Part shown: piece by piece, positions 58,965 to 64,000 of the stretch
Numbering within the stretch: the first letter of the stretch is position 1
Layout of the letters: every line of letters starts with the position of its first letter
IMG/VR virus record: IMGVR_UViG_3300013093_000017
Span: 124,001 to 188,000 of that record
Length of the DNA stretch: 64,000 nucleotides
Direction: 5' to 3' (one strand)
Program-made: the position numbers and the translations under genes
The notes under the pieces: model-generated
Told to the model about the DNA's origin: nothing
The model's input: only the letters and a program-made list of their open reading frames with translations
Databases searched by the model: none

Positions 58965-61900
58965 TTAACTAACACTCTTCATTAATGTAGTTAGCGGACT
59001 TGAGGCATTGGCGCTAACACTTCCGAATTTACTAACTACCGACGAACTAATACTTGATACATCTGGCAATCCACTTGGCACCATTGAACTAATATTGCCA
59101 ATTGATGCTTCTACACTTAATGATTGTCCAGTAATGCTGCCCAGGCCTGCTTGAGCTGTTGAAAGTTTTCCAGCAATACTCGAAGCATCTAATCCCAATC
59201 CGCTAGGTAAATTAATACCGCTTGATGCTAACAATTTGTCTACGCCCGGTATAGAACTTGCTCCTGGAATATTTGCTAAACTTCCGCCTCTATCTAACAC
59301 TGCTTTGATATCAGTAAGATTATAAGACGGCAACGGTGCTATTGCTATAGGTTGTGTACTAGGAATATTTGCCAGTGCTGATTTAGGAATATTGTTTAAT
59401 ATCAATCCAGATTTTACTGCTTGATTTACATCTACACCGTCTGGTATAGTTTTAATAGCATCAGTAAGTGCTCCGGCAACTTTAGATTGTAGGTTAGGAC
59501 TTAATCCTGATAGACTGCTAAGGTCTACTCCTAGATCTCCTGCAATATTTGCATTGCCTCCAGTTATTCCACTAATTTTGGCGCCAACCCCTGATATTAA
59601 TCCAGCGGCACTACTGCCTAAACTAGTAGCAGCCGACATAGCACTAGTGCCAATTGTTGATGCTGATCCTAATCCTGATGCTAATGCAGTGCTGGCTAAT
59701 GCATCTGAGGTAACATTCGGTACACCTGCAGATGCAGCAGTTTTGCCCCATTGTACTATACCTGCAGCAGCCGAAGAAACTGCGCCCGATGTTCCAGCTA
59801 CGGCGTTGGTAACTAAATTAGTTACATTGCCTAACGATAGATTACCTGCTAGACTACTAATTGAACTAGGAACCAACTGTGATAAACTACCTGGTAATCC
59901 TGCCACTGGTAACCCTGCGGTTATTGAAGATAATAAACTATTTGGATCTGCTCTCAATGTAGAAACTGGAGCAGGAGGAACTGGAGTCGGAGCATCAGCA
60001 GCGTTAGGGGCAGTATTTACTAGTGGGGTTCTAGGTTTAATAGGCACATTAGTATCTATTAGTTGTGCTGGTAAACGTACTAACGATAGCGTTTGTTTAA
60101 ATTCGCCATCAGTAAACTTGCTACTAACTTGAATAACTCTAAATACTCCACTATATGGAGCAGTTGCTTGATCAAAAATTGCCTCACCTGTGGTAAGATC
60201 AATATCACTGGGGTTACGGAATGTTACGATTACCATAACATCCTGCGTGGTGTAAGGTGCTTCACCTTCTCCTGCTTCTTTTGTGTCTGGATTAATTTTT
60301 GGTTTATAATTTCCCATGCTACCTGTTACAAGATAGAACGGATCTCCAATAATTTCTATATCCGCTGTACATTGGTCAACGTTGTTAAGAATAGCTTGAT
60401 GTAGGTTTTTTGCCAAGGCTGCAAATGGATCACTCTGCGGCTGCCCAGAATTTGCTATTCCTTTAGGGTTTACCTGTGTAAAGTCAGGGTAGGCTCTTAC
60501 TGGCTGTACACCAAGTGACGATTCTTGAGATTCGCCCGGTGGTTTACCCAACAATGTAGGAAATGTATTACCTTCTGTTTGAATTCCGCTGGTTGCCGAT
60601 GGCATACCTTTTTTATTACCCATTGCCGCAGGAATTGCTTGGAAGAATAATGTATTAAATTTCAAATTAAATTTTAATATATCAACGTTTGCACCAGTAT
60701 AGATATAATCATATTCGCGATTAACCATTGTAGATAATTTGCTAGTATCAACAGTACCGGATACTACAGAATTAGGAATTCTAGTATAATGCATCTTATA
60801 CGGAATTACCACATATCTATATTTGTAGAACGGTTTATTTGTTGTGCTATCTACTGTGCCTAGGTCTTCCATTTCAAGATGAACCATGAAGTAATTTACG
60901 AATCCTGTGTCAGGATCAACATTATTAGGAAAATCTTTTAATAGTTTTTTAGTATAATCACTGTCACGGATAATTGACACAATACATTCATGTATATTTG
61001 CATTTTCAGCAAAGAATATTGCCGGTGCCTTTGGATCATAATGCACAGTGTTTGTAGCAGTATTGGCCATTACGCCCGGATCTTCAAATTTATAAACTGC
61101 TGGATCTTTTAATAGGTTGATTCCTTGACAGGTATCCCATGATCCGTCAGTTGACCCGGCAACTATGCCAGTCTCGTCAACCTTAGGTAATACTATTTCA
61201 TATTGATCACATTTATTTGCGCTAGTATCGCCTTTGGTATTCTTGGCATCGGACTGTATCATTTTATTCAATTCATTTGAAAAATTTGATAAGATCTCCC
61301 CAACAGTATTACCTACTAATTGTATATTAGATTTTAATACCGCAGGTTCTCCAAAGCCTTTTTCATTAAACGGCACACACTTACAATGATATTTTGCGCC
61401 ACTTTCGGTGACCTCTATATCTAGTGAAGTAAACCCTAACACAAAATATCTTGTTGAATTAGGCACCGGAATAGCAGTATCTGGCAGATATTGATCATCT
61501 GGATATCCTACGAACTCCATCTTTAATAGGTATGGACAATTAGTATACTGATCGTGGCCAGCAGCAACCGCAGAAACTTGTAATGCTTCTATGAATCCTG
61601 TCATACTGTAGGGTTCTATTAAATCAAATTCTATATTAGTTGCCACACTTAGGCTGGTCTTTTCGTTTTGACCCATTACTGTGTCAATACTAACATTGTT
61701 GATGTAGAAATCAAATCTGCCTGGACTATTTTTGTTAAATGATGTTACTAGATCCGATACTGATCCGTCTATCGTGGTAATATCTGAAGTATTGGCATCT
61801 GTTGGAGGAATAATACCAGTAGATCCTTTACCTCCAGATCTAGCTATTACGAAATAATCTTGATTGATGCGATAAGATTCAGGATCAGTTAACGCTGTTT

Positions 61901-62003
61901 TCTTTAATGATGCAAGGGTGAATATATAATTGTATGACCGAAAAGAATTTAACGGATTCTTAGCTTTGGTCGTTTTAGCATTTAAGGTTGCTACATCAGC
62001 CAT
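58965..62003 (-). CDS. Baseplate hub/tail protein with Ser/Ala/Gly-rich C-terminal extension
   Basis: NPL..FRSYNYIFTL, IIGDPFYL and YSGVFRVIQVSSKF..GEFKQTL. Confidence 0.65.
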   Translation of the reverse strand: MADVATLNAKTTKAKNPLNSFRSYNYIFTLASLKKTALTDPESYRINQDYFVIARSGGKGSTGIIPPTDANTSDITTIDGSVSDLVTSFNKNSPGRFDFYINNVSIDTVMGQNEKTSLSVATNIEFDLIEPYSMTGFIEALQVSAVAAGHDQYTNCPYLLKMEFVGYPDDQYLPDTAIPVPNSTRYFVLGFTSLDIEVTESGAKYHCKCVPFNEKGFGEPAVLKSNIQLVGNTVGEILSNFSNELNKMIQSDAKNTKGDTSANKCDQYEIVLPKVDETGIVAGSTDGSWDTCQGINLLKDPAVYKFEDPGVMANTATNTVHYDPKAPAIFFAENANIHECIVSIIRDSDYTKKLLKDFPNNVDPDTGFVNYFMVHLEMEDLGTVDSTTNKPFYKYRYVVIPYKMHYTRIPNSVVSGTVDTSKLSTMVNREYDYIYTGANVDILKFNLKFNTLFFQAIPAAMGNKKGMPSATSGIQTEGNTFPTLLGKPPGESQESSLGVQPVRAYPDFTQVNPKGIANSGQPQSDPFAALAKNLHQAILNNVDQCTADIEIIGDPFYLVTGSMGNYKPKINPDTKEAGEGEAPYTTQDVMVIVTFRNPSDIDLTTGEAIFDQATAPYSGVFRVIQVSSKFTDGEFKQTLSLVRLPAQLIDTNVPIKPRTPLVNTAPNAADAPTPVPPAPVSTLRADPNSLLSSITAGLPVAGLPGSLSQLVPSSISSLAGNLSLGNVTNLVTNAVAGTSGAVSSAAAGIVQWGKTAASAGVPNVTSDALASTALASGLGSASTIGTSAMSAATSLGSSAAGLISGVGAKISGITGGNANIAGDLGVDLSSLSGLSPNLQSKVAGALTDAIKTIPDGVDVNQAVKSGLILNNIPKSALANIPSTQPIAIAPLPSYNLTDIKAVLDRGGSLANIPGASSIPGVDKLLASSGINLPSGLGLDASSIAGKLSTAQAGLGSITGQSLSVEASIGNISSMVPSGLPDVSSISSSVVSKFGSVSANASSPLTTLMKSVS

Positions 62004-62004
62004 A

Positions 62005-62307
62005 TTAGAATCCCAACGCTTTCTTTAATGTTGTTATCTTAGGAAGATATATTGTTTGTCCGGAATATAAATCATATATTGGATCTTGAATTATTGATGG
62101 ATTTCTTGTGGCAAATACCCACCATAAATCAACGTTTCCGTATAAAGTATATGCTAATAAGTCAGGACGATTTTCATATTGGCTTGTTATTGTATATTGA
62201 ACATCGTCTGCTTCAAAAGGAAAATCGCGTGATGTAAGTACATCAAGGTAAGATCCATTCAACGGAGTGGTATAATATGGACTTAATTTAGGATAATTTG
62301 ATGGCAT
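62005..62307 (-). CDS. Baseplate wedge gp53/LysM-like protein
   Basis: YENRPDLLAYTLYG...LWWVFATRN; the probable start ATG 62307 overlaps the upstream stop. Confidence 0.8.
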   Translation of the reverse strand: MPSNYPKLSPYYTTPLNGSYLDVLTSRDFPFEADDVQYTITSQYENRPDLLAYTLYGNVDLWWVFATRNPSIIQDPIYDLYSGQTIYLPKITTLKKALGF

Positions 62308-63224
62308 TATAGATATCCTTGTACTCGTTGGGTAGATGATAACCAACCATCTACTGTTCCTTTTAACATTTCGCCTCTACTGTAGATTGGAAGTAATGTT
62401 AACTGTACTGTACTGATTGTTGGAACTGAACTATTTCCGTATGCAGATATTGTCTTACCTGTATTGAAATAATCTACGTTATCTGGTAAATCTAATCTAA
62501 ATCCCGAAACTGCAACTGGTGTGTTGTTGAGCATAAAGTCACCGTAGGCTAATAATCGGCATACTGGAGGTGGACTACCGGCATTTGTGTCATCACCAAA
62601 TCGCATTTTTGTCAAAGCACGCAATAGATGTATTACACTAAGGAATATTCCGGCTTCGTTTTCATTCTGTACAGTAAATTTACCACTTATAGTGATTTCA
62701 CCTACCTGACTATTCTTATAAAAGTACTGTGTATAATTAGAATGAGGTACATTTAATCCATTATAGTTTGCTTTATGTTCAAGATTTATCGTAGGTGTAT
62801 ATGGAAAAATTATTCCGCCAGCTTTGACCAGTTCGTTCTTAGGTCCTGTTGCATGTCCTATCAAATAAGTTTGAGGAATAAGCAATTTAGTTCGGGTATC
62901 GGGTGATCCATTTATTACCGGAACTGCTGGTGTTGCAGTGCTAGGCATCGAACTAAGAGTTGTTGGTCCTGCAGAAGGAGTAGCGCCGCCACCTGTATAG
63001 TAATCCGATGGATTATTAGGATCATAACCGCCCGCTGGTTGCGTAGTATAATCAGGCCCGATATTTGTAGGGTCAGCATATTTTGCGGCTGTGTCAGCGG
63101 CTGAAGCATCTGCACCGGGAACATATCCGCCGCCGATTGATTCTTCTTGACCAGGAACATATCCGCCTGCGACAGAATAGTCTGGTACGTAGTTAGCTGC
63201 TGGTGAATTTGGATCTGTAGCCAT
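62307..63224 (-). CDS. Tail/baseplate protein (tube-initiator-like)
   Basis: IIFPYTP, GSPPPVCRL and LPDNVDY; low-complexity GGYVPG N-terminus; AAGGA RBS; GCTAAATA on the - strand at 63247-63254. Confidence 0.65.
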   Translation of the reverse strand: MATDPNSPAANYVPDYSVAGGYVPGQEESIGGGYVPGADASAADTAAKYADPTNIGPDYTTQPAGGYDPNNPSDYYTGGGATPSAGPTTLSSMPSTATPAVPVINGSPDTRTKLLIPQTYLIGHATGPKNELVKAGGIIFPYTPTINLEHKANYNGLNVPHSNYTQYFYKNSQVGEITISGKFTVQNENEAGIFLSVIHLLRALTKMRFGDDTNAGSPPPVCRLLAYGDFMLNNTPVAVSGFRLDLPDNVDYFNTGKTISAYGNSSVPTISTVQLTLLPIYSRGEMLKGTVDGWLSSTQRVQGYL

Positions 63225-63280
63225 ATTTGTTTATATCCTTATGACATATTTAGCAATAAATAATATACCTACTTAATTGG

Positions 63281-63310
63281 TTGACATTCTGTTAATCAAA
63301 CTGTTATACT
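63281..63310 (+). promoter_or_regulatory. sigma70 promoter for the late sigma gene
   Basis: TTGACA-N18-TATACT; AAGGAG RBS. Confidence 0.65.
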
Positions 63311-63333
63311 TAACAAAAGGAGTTTCGCGCCAC

Positions 63334-64000
63334 ATGACAATAACAATAACACCAACTGGCCGCAAAGTAAAATATCTTAATAATAGAGACTTACTAGCAG
63401 AAATACATAAAAGTAAATGTACATACAGTAGTTTTACACTTCCGGAATACAAGCAACACGACATTATTCTAACAAATCTTGATAAAATCAATATCAGGAC
63501 TATCGCAGATGCCAAACGAGCCCGTGCTAAACGCATGGGGTTAGAAGCATTTATGAATGCCCGCATTGCAGGTGATAAGAAAATCAAATTAGGAGAGTGT
63601 ACGCCAGACTATACCACTATTCCTAAGACAGATATTGTTATCCGCATCATGACATTCGATCATATTCCGCTCTCTCCGGGCAGAAAAAAAACAACCAAAA
63701 CAGTAGCAGACGCACACGAAAAAGTTAATTTTCCTCCATTCCAACATTGGAAGTTTAACGAGAACGATGAACTCATTTGTGTGGCAAAAAGCCATTGGAA
63801 AGGCCCTGTAGATACAGGATACTTTAGTAAAGACCATGGTCGTATTACAGAAAATCTAGGCAAGATGTATATTAAACTGTCAGAGCGTTACGCACAGCGT
63901 AGTAACTGGCGTGGCTACACCTACATTGATGAAATGAAGGGACAGGCTATTCTACAATTAAGTCAAATTGGTCTACAGTTTGATGAGTCGAAATCAGAAA
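63334..64000 (+). CDS. Late-transcription sigma factor (T4 gp55-like), 3'-truncated; not in ORF track
   Basis: Manual translation: MTITITPTGRKVKYLNNRDLLAEI...LGKMYIKLSERYAQRSNWRGYTYIDEMKGQAILQL...FDESKSE. YLNN and NWRGYTY.DEM match gp55-type motifs. Confidence 0.8.
   Translation, partial: MTITITPTGRKVKYLNNRDLLAEIHKSKCTYSSFTLPEYKQHDIILTNLDKINIRTIADAKRARAKRMGLEAFMNARIAGDKKIKLGECTPDYTTIPKTDIVIRIMTFDHIPLSPGRKKTTKTVADAHEKVNFPPFQHWKFNENDELICVAKSHWKGPVDTGYFSKDHGRITENLGKMYIKLSERYAQRSNWRGYTYIDEMKGQAILQLSQIGLQFDESKSE

Noticed and set aside
59554-60132. 192-aa + strand ORF
   Set aside because: It is the antisense shadow of a low-complexity Ser/Ala/Gly region of the baseplate gene.
63273-63863. Three short - strand ORFs in the track
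   Set aside because: They are antisense to the truncated gp55-like gene, which has a promoter, an RBS and family motifs.
1-64000. Stop-codon reassignment, as seen in some large phages
   Set aside because: Long genes are intact in the standard code, and TAA, TAG and TGA all end genes at sensible positions.

Overview
An AT-rich, densely coding fragment of a large T4-like or jumbo myophage genome in the standard genetic code, with no tRNA, rRNA or CRISPR array seen. The + strand (1-31783) carries putative head-packaged nucleotidyltransferase polyproteins, a family B DNA polymerase and probable sliding clamp, and an atypical 7-deazaguanine DNA-modification locus. That locus holds a divergent TGT/DpdA-like enzyme, a T-fold protein with LxxxHRHxF, a GT-B glycosyltransferase, UDP-glucose dehydrogenase, FolE, a CDGSH mini-protein, a PRTase, a MazG-like protein, QueE, MetK and an FkbM methyltransferase; no QueC, QueF or canonical QueD is visible. 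RNase H, a MoxR AAA + vWA pair, DHFR and thymidylate synthase follow. The - strand (31787-63224) is a tail/baseplate operon with four paralogous fibre genes, a 4270-aa virion protein and gp6-, gp25-, gp5- and gp53-like genes. A gp55-like late sigma factor starts at 63334 and runs off the window. Four free-standing HNH endonucleases sit at the 3' ends of conserved genes, two leaving a displaced duplicate of the host C-terminus. The most notable signals are the deazaguanine + sugar-transfer locus, tandem covarying hairpins with an identical 8-nt loop in the polymerase leader, and the displaced, recoded FolE C-terminus. All product calls rest on motif recognition by eye; no database search was run.
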